Virus record (IMG/VR): IMGVR_UViG_2563366848_000003
Reading direction: 5' to 3' (one strand)
Source of the DNA: a virus
Lineage: Duplodnaviria > Heunggongvirae > Uroviricota > Caudoviricetes
DNA length: 35,269 bases
Every line of letters starts with the position of its first letter. Within the stretch, counting starts at the first letter, position 1. The translations under genes and the position numbers were made by a program. The notes under the pieces were generated by a model. That model was not told the origin of the DNA. It saw only the letters and a program-made list of their open reading frames with translations, and ran no database searches. Positions 27,331 through 35,269 of the stretch are shown piece after piece.

Positions 27331-28872
27331 TCAGTGGTAATACTCACTGCCGCGTACGTTTTCGTGTTCCATCGTGGATAACAGATCTGGTTTTGGATCC
27401 TGAACAGGTTGTTTATCCAGACCTTTTTCCAGGATCGATTTAATACCTGACAGACGCCATACCTTTGTTTTCAGAGCTCTTGCACATGCTGCATTAAGTC
27501 TGGCTTTACTGTATTTTTTATGAAGGTTCAGGAGTCCAAGGCAGAAGCGATAGCTTTGTTCCGGATGTGGACGAGAGTTCAGTATATGAAGCACATAACT
27601 ATGAGTTTCACTGCCTATGTGCCCCGCCCATTCCAGAAGACGCTCTGGCGTCCAGGTGGCATGCTGTCGATGAGCTTCAGGCATGTGCTCGTTGCGGGTA
27701 CTGTAGCCATAAGTACGCTTGCGCGGGTGCACAGCAACCTCCTGCCCCTGATTGAAGAGTCTTACCAGTTCTCCGGAGATCCATGCTTCCAGTTGCTGGC
27801 CTAACAGCGAACATGGAACCGAGTAGTAATGTTTGTCGATTTCCACGTGGTAATCGGCATGAACTCTGACTTTCTTCACCAGGGTGTAACTGTAACTGGC
27901 TTCAGGAAGAGGCTTCAGTGCGGGTTTATCAAGCTGGATGAAGAGTTCTGCACGTGAATAACCCAACTTCTGCATTATTTTGTTATTCAGTCTTTCCAGC
28001 AACTCCCGAATGCGCTGATTAAGCGATGCAAGGCTGTAGAAGATCTCATGCCTGATTCGGGCCATGATCCAGCGTTCAACAACCTGAACGCCAACTTCAG
28101 CTTTGGCTTTATCTTTCGGTTTACGTGGCCGCGCAGGCAAAACTGCGACATTATAATGCTCAAGCATCTGCTGGTAGGTAGGGTTAACGTCAGGATCATA
28201 CTTACATGCCCTGGATGTGGCGCTTTTCAGATTGTCCGGAACAACAAGTTCAGGAACGCCACCCAACCACTGGAAGCAGCGAACATGACTCATCACCCAG
28301 TCTTCAAGCTGCTGAGACCAGGTGGCCTCTGCCCATGTGTAACTTGATGCCCCGAGAACAGCTACGATGACCTGAGCAGTTCTTATTTCTCCGGTCTCAG
28401 GGTCGGTAACGCCAACGGTAGGTCCACAGTAATCAACGAAAAGTTTTTCGCCAGCTTTATGTACCTGACGCATTGATGGTGAAGTGGTTTTGAGCCATTC
28501 ACGGTACATCCGGCAGTAATGGTTATAGCTGTAAAAACCGCCTGGATTACGCTCACAGTATTCTTCCCAGAGTAGCTGCAGCGTCACGCATTTATTACGC
28601 AGTTCCCGGTGTACTGTAGCCCAGTCAGGCAGAGAGTGCTTCTTCATCTTAACCTGGGTCTGAAGGAACGCATGTTTTAGTTTTGTATCATCCCATCCTG
28701 TAGGTAAGGGCCACTGCTTTATGCCAAGTTGAGCCGCCCGATTAGCATATCTGGATACAACGGAAGGGGAGATTGCAAGACTACGACCAATTTGTCGATG
28801 GCTGAGTCCAACACCGTATTTAAGCCTAAGAATTTCTTTAAGTTTTCTCATAGAAATTGGAACTGTTGGCAT
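27331..28872 (-). CDS. istA: IS21-family transposase IstA
   Basis: 513 aa with an N-terminal HTH (LKYGVGLSHRQIGRSLAISPSVVSRY) and a DDE core; located 11 nt upstream of istB. Confidence 0.93.
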   Translation of the reverse strand: MPTVPISMRKLKEILRLKYGVGLSHRQIGRSLAISPSVVSRYANRAAQLGIKQWPLPTGWDDTKLKHAFLQTQVKMKKHSLPDWATVHRELRNKCVTLQLLWEEYCERNPGGFYSYNHYCRMYREWLKTTSPSMRQVHKAGEKLFVDYCGPTVGVTDPETGEIRTAQVIVAVLGASSYTWAEATWSQQLEDWVMSHVRCFQWLGGVPELVVPDNLKSATSRACKYDPDVNPTYQQMLEHYNVAVLPARPRKPKDKAKAEVGVQVVERWIMARIRHEIFYSLASLNQRIRELLERLNNKIMQKLGYSRAELFIQLDKPALKPLPEASYSYTLVKKVRVHADYHVEIDKHYYSVPCSLLGQQLEAWISGELVRLFNQGQEVAVHPRKRTYGYSTRNEHMPEAHRQHATWTPERLLEWAGHIGSETHSYVLHILNSRPHPEQSYRFCLGLLNLHKKYSKARLNAACARALKTKVWRLSGIKSILEKGLDKQPVQDPKPDLLSTMEHENVRGSEYYH

Positions 28873-29050
28873 AGGTATCCTTTACCGGAATGGCAAAAGA
28901 TACAGATCAACACACCTGTGAAGTTCCAATAACATTGATGGAGATCACTGAATAACAAAATGAGTCAAAAGTGATCTCCATCGATGTTATTCAGCGATCT
29001 GTTCAAATGTTATTACCCGATCTCGATGGAAGTTATTGAGTGATCTCCTT

Positions 29051-29812
29051 TCATGAAAATACGCAGCTTTGCCCCTTCTTCGCTTTTTCACGCTGTTTTT
29101 GTATGCGGATTTGCGCCGCCGGGCTGGGGGCGTTCTGAATATCCTGATAGGCACTATTATCAGCAAGTACACCAATTTTATTCAGGAAAGGGTCACTCTG
29201 CAGAGAGGCATTCTGTTTCAACGCCGGATTAGTGATTGAAGAAGTAATGAAATCCCGCAATAGCGTTTCAGGATCATTCACAGAATGGACAACACCAATT
29301 ACAGAGCTGGCACTTCTCCCTTTTGTCACTTTGAGAAGGCTTAAAAGCTGGATAAGGGTTTGACCATGCTGCTTCATAAAATCATGCCAAAGCTGGTTAA
29401 CATGGGTTTCGATAAGATTATCATGTGCCTGAATGTAACCACGGGCCAGTTCCGCCGTTTTCCATGGGAGATACTCATTCTCTCCGGCATGGGCCGCAAG
29501 CAGATCATCAAACTCGTCGAGTGTTTCACGCCCCAGGGCAATCTCAGCCCTTAGTTTTTTCATTTTCGGCGTTACCTGTCCCTGGTTTTCATGAAACATC
29601 TGACGCCATTCTTCATTTTGCGCCTTTGCCTCCGTTTCCGTTTCTACACGGCGTTTACGGATTGTTGCGAGCATCGCAGCAGCATCAATTTGTTTGCGAC
29701 GGGCTTCCGTCCAGGCTGATTTGGCAGCATTCACTTTTTCAAGCGCCTGTTGTGTCGCAGCAGGGATAGAAATATCAGCAGTCGATTTATTGCTCTGGTC
29801 TGGGATAGTCAT
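29051..29812 (-). CDS. sid: Sid-like capsid size determination protein, C-terminus altered by the IS21 insertion
   Basis: N-terminus MTIPDQSNKSTADISIPAATQQALEKVNAAKSAW resembles P4 Sid; about 250 aa, coiled-coil rich. The last 4 codons and stop (CVFS*) are read from the IS end. Confidence 0.6.
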   Translation of the reverse strand: MTIPDQSNKSTADISIPAATQQALEKVNAAKSAWTEARRKQIDAAAMLATIRKRRVETETEAKAQNEEWRQMFHENQGQVTPKMKKLRAEIALGRETLDEFDDLLAAHAGENEYLPWKTAELARGYIQAHDNLIETHVNQLWHDFMKQHGQTLIQLLSLLKVTKGRSASSVIGVVHSVNDPETLLRDFITSSITNPALKQNASLQSDPFLNKIGVLADNSAYQDIQNAPSPAAQIRIQKQREKAKKGQSCVFS

Positions 29813-30049
29813 GTCAGCACCTTGTTGTTTGTGTTGGTGTCAATTGTGCTGTGATGCATACAAAGCCGCCATTGAACGCCATTGTGCGAGCGACAAGACA
29901 AAGACCTCTTTTGGCTAGCCAAGAAAGGCCTCGTTTAACTGAGTCAGTTTCAGACTTACATTAACTGTTCACTACTATTCACTTAGGTAAAAAAATAGAT
30001 AATACAGTAGGTTATAAGGTGAAGGGTTGGCATGGCAGTATTCATCGAC

Positions 30050-30067
30050 TGTTCATAACTGTTCACA
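30050..30067. promoter_or_regulatory. TGT-N12-ACA motif (Ogr/Delta-type activator site) upstream of sid
   Basis: TGTtcataactgttcACA, ~240 bp upstream of the sid start in an AT-rich divergent intergenic region that also holds repeated ctgttca / ctattcac motifs (29943-29968, 30046-30070, 30131-30170). Confidence 0.3.
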
Positions 30068-30729
30068 TGGGAATAAAATTATTTATGGTATTTTTTCATA
30101 ATGGATGGTTTTTTATTCCTCGTAGCTATTTGTTTTTTGCTCCTCACCACTATTCACCCTTATTCAGTAGTATTCGACAGGCGCTGAAATAGACTGCCTG
30201 TTATTGCCGGGAAATAACATTTTCGCCTCTGACCATGGTGTTGCATTTCATACTGATTTTTATAAAACTAGAACTGTCCGGTTCTTTATGGATTCATGCG
30301 GATATATTTTAAGATTTAAGATGAAATTATTTAATATCAAGGTTTTTATGCAGACCCAATGTTTATAAGTTGGATGCGATTCAAAAATATGCCCGGAAAT
30401 TGGGGCCTGCAATGCAAGGCCTCGTGTAGAAGTTGTACTGCCTTGCTGTATTGGCGGTGGGGTCAGCACTATCAGGTGCAATGACCCATGGGGTAGTTAA
30501 CTCATTGATGAATGGTAGTTCCTATTAATGCTCCTATATTTATAGCCCGCAGGCATAGTATTTATTATGTTGTTTTATATGGTTTGATCGGGTTTTAAGT
30601 TTCATGAAATCAATATGTGACGCTAAATAAATAATGCGTGCGCAGGCGGTTTATATACACATAATAAGGAACTACCTGAACCCGGATAAATTCATCAGGT
30701 CTGTTGTGGAAATTAAAGAGGGTAGATAA

Positions 30730-30990
30730 ATGCGTAATATTTCTGTGTCTGCGCCAGCTCCGGCTGCGCCATTATTTCCTGTACCGAACCAGCATGAACG
30801 ATTTTTACGCCTGCCTGAGGTGATGCACTTATGCGGGTTGTCCCGTTCGACCATTTACGACCTGATCAGTCGCGATGCGTTTCCGAAGCAGATCCCGCTT
30901 GGCGGTAAAAATGTTGCCTGGGCACAGTCTGAGGTCAGCGCATGGATGGCGGACCGTATCAGCGCCCGTGGGCGGGGATGTGATGCATGA
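30730..30990 (+). CDS. alpA: AlpA/Vis-family DNA-binding regulator (phage-island excisionase-like)
   Basis: [53 protein letters not shown] is the AlpA helix-turn-helix signature; SD AGAGGG 8 nt upstream of the ATG at 30730. Confidence 0.8.
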   Translation: MRNISVSAPAPAAPLFPVPNQHERFLRLPEVMHLCGLSRSTIYDLISRDAFPKQIPLGGKNVAWAQSEVSAWMADRISARGRGCDA

Positions 30991-31117
30991 TGATACCTGA
31001 ATACAATAAATACCTTTTTTCAGGCTTGCTTACTGTCGTCATTTCCAGGTATAGTTTTTCCGCTGTCGCAAAATCGGCAGCCGGAATTGGCGTTCCGCGA
31101 AACTCAATGGCGACACC

Positions 31118-31141
31118 AGACGCGCCAGGCGTCTTTTTTTT
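31118..31141 (+). terminator. rho-independent terminator after alpA
   Basis: AGACGCgccagGCGTCT followed by TTTTTTTT. Confidence 0.55.
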
Positions 31142-31349
31142 CGTCGTAGCTCAGGCACACCCATTTTCCGGGCTGTGGTGTTTGTGTGTACACCGTAGTT
31201 CTTTCGAGATAATGGCAGTCCGGGCGGGGCAGCCTTCGGGCTGGCCGGTATCCATTGAGGCCGGTTACGCCAACCCCGTTCGGGCTGCCACCAGTGAAAT
31301 TGGCGTTTCCGGTGGTAGCAATAACCGCTACTCAATGGAGGCTGCCATC

Positions 31350-31544
31350 ATGGCTACAATCCTCACCCCGTCATATCCGCAATATGTCTTTGTGTTTGCC
31401 GCAATCCGCCGTGCTGACACTCAACCCCGCATTTGTATGCTTCGCACTGTCGCCTGCGATGAGCGTTCCGCGCGCCGTTCGCTGGTCCGTGATTATGTGC
31501 TCTCCCTTTCTGCACGCCTGCCTGCCGGGGAGGTGACGCTATGA
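31350..31544 (+). CDS. small hypothetical protein (64 aa)
   Basis: ATG with SD GGAGG 8 nt upstream ([64 protein letters not shown]). The tabulated 185-aa ORF (30987-31544) spans the alpA terminator, so only this 3' portion is taken as coding. Confidence 0.5.
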   Translation: MATILTPSYPQYVFVFAAIRRADTQPRICMLRTVACDERSARRSLVRDYVLSLSARLPAGEVTL

Positions 31545-31762
31545 ACCAGTTTGAGATTTCTTACGACGATGTTGTAAGGCTGAAACATTTACGCAATGTG
31601 GGTGAGTATGTAACTGGCATGGCAGCCCTGCAGGACTGTTATGAAAAGCCAGCAGGTGCCCAATGCGAACAACTGGTTTCCCTCATTTATCTGATGACAG
31701 AGCAACTGGATGGAGTGGTGCAACGCTGCCATGACGACCTGATGAATGCGGAGGTGGCCTGA
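31541..31762 (+). CDS. small hypothetical protein (73 aa)
   Basis: ATGA overlap with the preceding ORF (translational coupling); no family recognised. Confidence 0.5.
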   Translation: MNQFEISYDDVVRLKHLRNVGEYVTGMAALQDCYEKPAGAQCEQLVSLIYLMTEQLDGVVQRCHDDLMNAEVA

Positions 31763-32085
31763 TGAAATGCTGTGAATCTCATCTGGTACTTCGTGCCGCT
31801 CTGTATCGCCGTGCCGTAGCCTGTGCCTGGCTGACTATCAGTTGTCAGCAGGAACGTTATTCCGGCCTGACGCTCGCTGAACTTGAAGATGCCATAGCCC
31901 GCGAGCTGGAAGGGTTCTATCTGCGCCAGCATGGGCAGCAAAGAGGACTGGAAATTGCCTGCGCGTTGCTTTCGGATCTGATGGAGTCGGGGCCGCTTAA
32001 AGCCTGTCCGGTTCTCTCACTGCTCGGAATGACGGTCATGGATGAACTTTGTTCCCGTCACCTCAACAAACCAGCGCTGCACTGA
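31762..32085 (+). CDS. hypothetical protein (107 aa)
   Basis: Start overlaps the stop of the preceding ORF; ends 13 nt before the primase start; no family recognised. Confidence 0.5.
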   Translation: MKCCESHLVLRAALYRRAVACAWLTISCQQERYSGLTLAELEDAIARELEGFYLRQHGQQRGLEIACALLSDLMESGPLKACPVLSLLGMTVMDELCSRHLNKPALH

Positions 32086-32098
32086 GGAGGGCCGCACA

Positions 32099-34432
32099 AT
32101 GTCAGGAATGAAAGTTAGCCAGGCAGAGAAAGCAGCTCGTGGTCACTGGTCAAGAATTTTACCTGCACTGGGTGTAACCGTACTGAAAAATCGGCACCAG
32201 CCCTGCCCGGTCTGTGCCGGGAAAGACCGCTTTCGATTTGATGACCAGGAAGGGCGGGGAACGTGGTTCTGTAACCAGTGCGGGGCAGGTGATGGCCTGG
32301 CGCTAGTAAGTAAAGTACTGGATGTAGGCATTAGTGAAGCGGCAGACAGAATAAACGGTATTACCGGAAACCTGCCGCCAGTATCTCAGGAAATGCATGA
32401 ATCTGGTTCTCCTGAAAAAGAGGACGGGAAAAAAGCTGCAGCAGTGCTGGCTGCCCGTTTGTTTGATAAGTCCCGTCAGACCACAGGCAATGCCTATCTG
32501 ACGAGTAAAGGGTTTCCTGCACTGCCTTGCCGGGAATTAACCGCCATGCATAAAGTCGGTGGTGTGGCATTTCGCGCGGGAGATCTTATCGTTCCATTGT
32601 ATGCAGATGGAGAGCTGGTAAATCTGCAGTTAATCAACGCTGATGGGGGCAAATGCTTCCTTAAAGGCGGTCAGGTTAAGAATGCCTTTTACCTGATTGA
32701 AGGTACTGCCAAAGCAGCCAAACGGCTCTGGATAGCGGAAGGATATGCCACCGCACTCACTATCAACCATCTGACTGGCGATGCTGTCATGGTGGCCTTT
32801 TCATCCGTCAATTTCCTTTCCCTGGCGAGCATTGCCTGCAGTCAGTACCCAACGCGCCAGATAATTATTGCTGCTGACCGCGATCTCAACGGTGCGGGGC
32901 AAACAAGGGGCGAAGCTGCTGCCAGGGCCTGCAATTGCACAATGGCGCTCCCACCTGTGTATGGTGACTGGAACGATGCATTCACGCAGAACGGCGAAGA
33001 AGCCACCCGGCTGGCAATTTATGAAGTAATAAAACCAGTTGTTGCCAGCCCTTTCGACACAATGAGCGAAGCTGAATTTACCGCTCTGAGTGTCAGCGAA
33101 AAAGCGCAGAGGGTAGTGGATCACTATAAAAATTCACTGGCAGTAGACCCGAACGGGCAGCTCCTTTCACGCTATGAGGCGGGGGCCTGGAAAGTTATCT
33201 ATTACGCCGATTTTGCCCGTGATGTCGCTGCGCTGTTTCAGCGCCTCGACGCACCTTTTTCATCCGCGAAAATTGCGTCTCTCGTGGAAACCCTCAAACT
33301 GATCGTTCCGCAACAGCAGAATCCGGCGCGGCAACTTATCGGATTTCGCAACGGTGTGCTCGATACCCGGACAGGATTGTTCAGCCCGCACGATAAGAAG
33401 CACTGGTTACGTACGCTGTGCGAGGTGGATTACACGCAGCCCGTTGACGGCGAGTCACTGGAAACCCATGCCCCGGCATTCTGGCGCTGGCTGGATCGTG
33501 CCGCAGGTTTTAATCCTGAAAAGCGGGACATTATTCTGGCTGCATTGTTTATGGTGCTGGCTAACCGTTATGACTGGCAGCTTTTTCTGGAGGTCACTGG
33601 CCCTGGCGGAAGTGGAAAGAGTATTCTTGCTGAAATAGCAACCATGCTGGCGGGTGAAGATAACGCTACCTCGGCAACCATTGAAATGCTTGAGTCGCCA
33701 AGAGAACGAGCTGCGTTAATAGGTTTTTCACTGATTCGACTTCCCGACCAGGAAAAGTGGAGCGGTGACGGGGCCGGACTAAAAGCCATCACTGGCGGCG
33801 ATGCGGTATCCGTTGATCCCAAATATCAGAACGCCTATTCAACTCACATCCCGGCGGTCATCCTGGCTGTGAACAATAACCCGATGCGTTTCACTGATCG
33901 TAGTGGTGGAGTTTCACGCCGAAGGGTGATCCTGCATTTCCCCGACCAGATAGCACCGGAGGAACGAGATACTCAGCTCAAAGAGAAGATTGCCAGCGAG
34001 CTGGCGGTAATTGTTCGCCAGCTTATGCAGCGTTTCAGTGATCCAATGAGCGCAAGAGCATTACTTCAGTCGCAGCAGAATTCCGATGAAGCACTCACCA
34101 TCAAACGTGATGCTGATTCAGCGTTTGATTTTTGCGGCTACCTTGAAGTCCTGCCTGACACCACGGGCATGTTTATGGGTAATGCTAACATTGTCCCACG
34201 TCAGCCTCGTACATACCTTTACCATGCCTATCTGGTCTATATGGAGGCTAACGGCTATAAAAACACGCTCAGTCTGACCATGTTTGGCAAGGGGCTGCCG
34301 TTAATGCTGAAAGAGTATGGGCTGCAGTACGAGAAGCGGCGGACCAATCAGGGAATGCAGACTAACCTGGCCCTCAGGGAGGAAAGCAATGCTGACTGGC
34401 TACCTAAATGCGATGATCCTGTATCTACTTAA
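32099..34432 (+). CDS. P4 alpha-type primase-helicase (zinc-binding, TOPRIM primase and P-loop helicase domains)
   Basis: 777 aa from the ATG at 32099 (SD GAGGAGG 8 nt upstream), the same length as P4 alpha. Zinc-binding motif HQPCPVCAGKDRFRFDDQEGRGTWFCNQCG; TOPRIM-like segment; Walker A GPGGSGKS. The tabulated ORF starts 19 codons earlier. Confidence 0.9.
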   Translation: MSGMKVSQAEKAARGHWSRILPALGVTVLKNRHQPCPVCAGKDRFRFDDQEGRGTWFCNQCGAGDGLALVSKVLDVGISEAADRINGITGNLPPVSQEMHESGSPEKEDGKKAAAVLAARLFDKSRQTTGNAYLTSKGFPALPCRELTAMHKVGGVAFRAGDLIVPLYADGELVNLQLINADGGKCFLKGGQVKNAFYLIEGTAKAAKRLWIAEGYATALTINHLTGDAVMVAFSSVNFLSLASIACSQYPTRQIIIAADRDLNGAGQTRGEAAARACNCTMALPPVYGDWNDAFTQNGEEATRLAIYEVIKPVVASPFDTMSEAEFTALSVSEKAQRVVDHYKNSLAVDPNGQLLSRYEAGAWKVIYYADFARDVAALFQRLDAPFSSAKIASLVETLKLIVPQQQNPARQLIGFRNGVLDTRTGLFSPHDKKHWLRTLCEVDYTQPVDGESLETHAPAFWRWLDRAAGFNPEKRDIILAALFMVLANRYDWQLFLEVTGPGGSGKSILAEIATMLAGEDNATSATIEMLESPRERAALIGFSLIRLPDQEKWSGDGAGLKAITGGDAVSVDPKYQNAYSTHIPAVILAVNNNPMRFTDRSGGVSRRRVILHFPDQIAPEERDTQLKEKIASELAVIVRQLMQRFSDPMSARALLQSQQNSDEALTIKRDADSAFDFCGYLEVLPDTTGMFMGNANIVPRQPRTYLYHAYLVYMEANGYKNTLSLTMFGKGLPLMLKEYGLQYEKRRTNQGMQTNLALREESNADWLPKCDDPVST

Positions 34433-34443
34433 CGATTCATCGA

Positions 34444-34466
34444 CCCGGCGAATGCCGGGTTTTTTT
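34444..34466 (+). terminator. rho-independent terminator after the primase gene
   Basis: CCCGGCgaatGCCGGG followed by TTTTTTT. Confidence 0.65.
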
Positions 34467-34716
34467 ATGCCTCAAGGCTAAATGTAGAGTTTGGTGTTCA
34501 CTCTACACTATATTGTTAACTTCTATTTTATTGATATTAATAGTAATAATCTGGTGGTGAACAGTATGAATGGTTTGCTCAAGAAAAAGTATTTTGTTGG
34601 ATATTGAGATGAGTGATTTTTGAACGCCTTTGCCAGTGTGTATAGCTATGTGTATAGGATTATTTTTCGATAAAAATAAATAATTTAAAAACAATGCCTT
34701 GACATCTATTTTTCAT

Positions 34717-34732
34717 TCCTATTATCGCACCA
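34717..34732 (+). repeat. imperfect direct repeat of the tRNA-Thr 3' end (putative right att core of the P4-like element)
   Basis: tcctattatcgcacca versus tcctattatcggcacca at 21204-21220 (one-base deletion); lies between the primase terminator and the host LysR gene in an AT-rich stretch. Confidence 0.55.
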
Positions 34733-34858
34733 TTAAAATCAAAGAGTTACCCCATATTTAAATACACCACGTTTCCTCCTGTGCCGTATTTGTGCCATTG
34801 TAACCTTGGCAATTCATCAAAATACTGTTCTGACATCAGGCAGTGCAGGTGCAGACAT

Positions 34859-35269
34859 TTAAGCCAATTGCTGCCGCCATTCTTTGACGTAGTCAATCAG
34901 GGCGCGGAGCTTTGGTGCAATATTGCGACGCTGTGGGAAATACAGATAGAAGCCCGGAAATTGTGGAAGAAAGTCATCAAGCAGCGATACAAGCTTACCG
35001 CTTTCAATATATGGCCTGAAAGTTTCCTGAGTGGCAATTGTTATTCCTCCGCCGGCAAGAGCCAGCCTCAACATCAGACGCAGATCATTAGTCGTAATCT
35101 GCGGTTCAATCGCAAGGTCGAAAGTTCTCCCGTTTTCTTCAAATGGCCAGCGATAAGGCGCAACCTCCGGGGACTGACGCCAGCCGATACACTTATGGGT
35201 ATTTCCCCCGGAGGCGAGAAAGCGCTCTCCACGCCCGGCCGCAAGGATCAGGACGACGGGGGCAGGCAT
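34859..35269 (-). CDS. LysR-family transcriptional regulator, C-terminal substrate-binding part (N-terminus outside the window)
   Basis: Minus-strand frame is open to the window edge; the sequence (...LMLRLALAGGGITIATQETFRPYIESGKLVSLLDDFLPQFPGFYLYFPQRRNIAPKLRALIDYV) is typical of LysR effector-binding domains; ~50% GC, host-like. Confidence 0.8.
   Translation of the reverse strand: MPAPVVLILAAGRGERFLASGGNTHKCIGWRQSPEVAPYRWPFEENGRTFDLAIEPQITTNDLRLMLRLALAGGGITIATQETFRPYIESGKLVSLLDDFLPQFPGFYLYFPQRRNIAPKLRALIDYVKEWRQQLA

Larger units (their letters stand above)
26485..29065 (-). mobile_element. IS21-family insertion sequence (~2.58 kb, istA-istB) with terminal inverted repeats and a 7-bp target-site duplication
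   Basis: Left end tgcgtattaccgtgaaggagatcggtgagtaac and right end (reverse complement) tgcgtattttcatgaaaggagatcactcaataa are imperfect inverted repeats; multiple internal gatggagatc / gatctccatc repeats near both ends; gctttgc duplicated at 26478-26484 and 29066-29072. Confidence 0.85.

Noticed and set aside
30987-31544. 185-aa ORF as a single gene downstream of alpA
   Set aside because: Its first ~120 codons span the alpA terminator hairpin and a region with no RBS; only the 3' 64 codons behind a GGAGG site were kept as a probable small gene.

Overview
This window holds two mobile elements in tandem, followed by host DNA. (1) 1-~21175 is the right arm of a lambda-like prophage: tail genes Z(partial)-U-V-G/GT-H-M-L-K-I-J in lambda order, then lom, side tail fibre stf and tfa. 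After tfa lies a decayed invertible tail-fibre switch with a pin invertase truncated at codon 42, then AT-rich cargo: a DUF262/DUF1524 (GmrSD-like) putative type IV restriction enzyme, a frameshifted umuC 3' remnant, and a three-gene operon led by a ParA/MinD-like ATPase. (2) A 45-bp tRNA-Thr 3' fragment (21176-21220) marks the junction with a P4-like satellite element (~21176-34732): integrase, a two-gene AT-rich cargo at the integrase-proximal position (499-aa protein plus a 260-aa membrane protein), a cos-like site, psu/delta/sid-like late genes split by an IS21-family insertion, alpA, three small ORFs and an alpha-type primase-helicase, ending at a 16-bp direct repeat of the tRNA 3' end. 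(3) A host LysR-family regulator (partial) lies at the right edge. The best candidates for an undescribed system are the 499-aa + membrane-protein pair and the ParA-led operon. All calls come from reading the sequence and recalled protein families; no database search was run.
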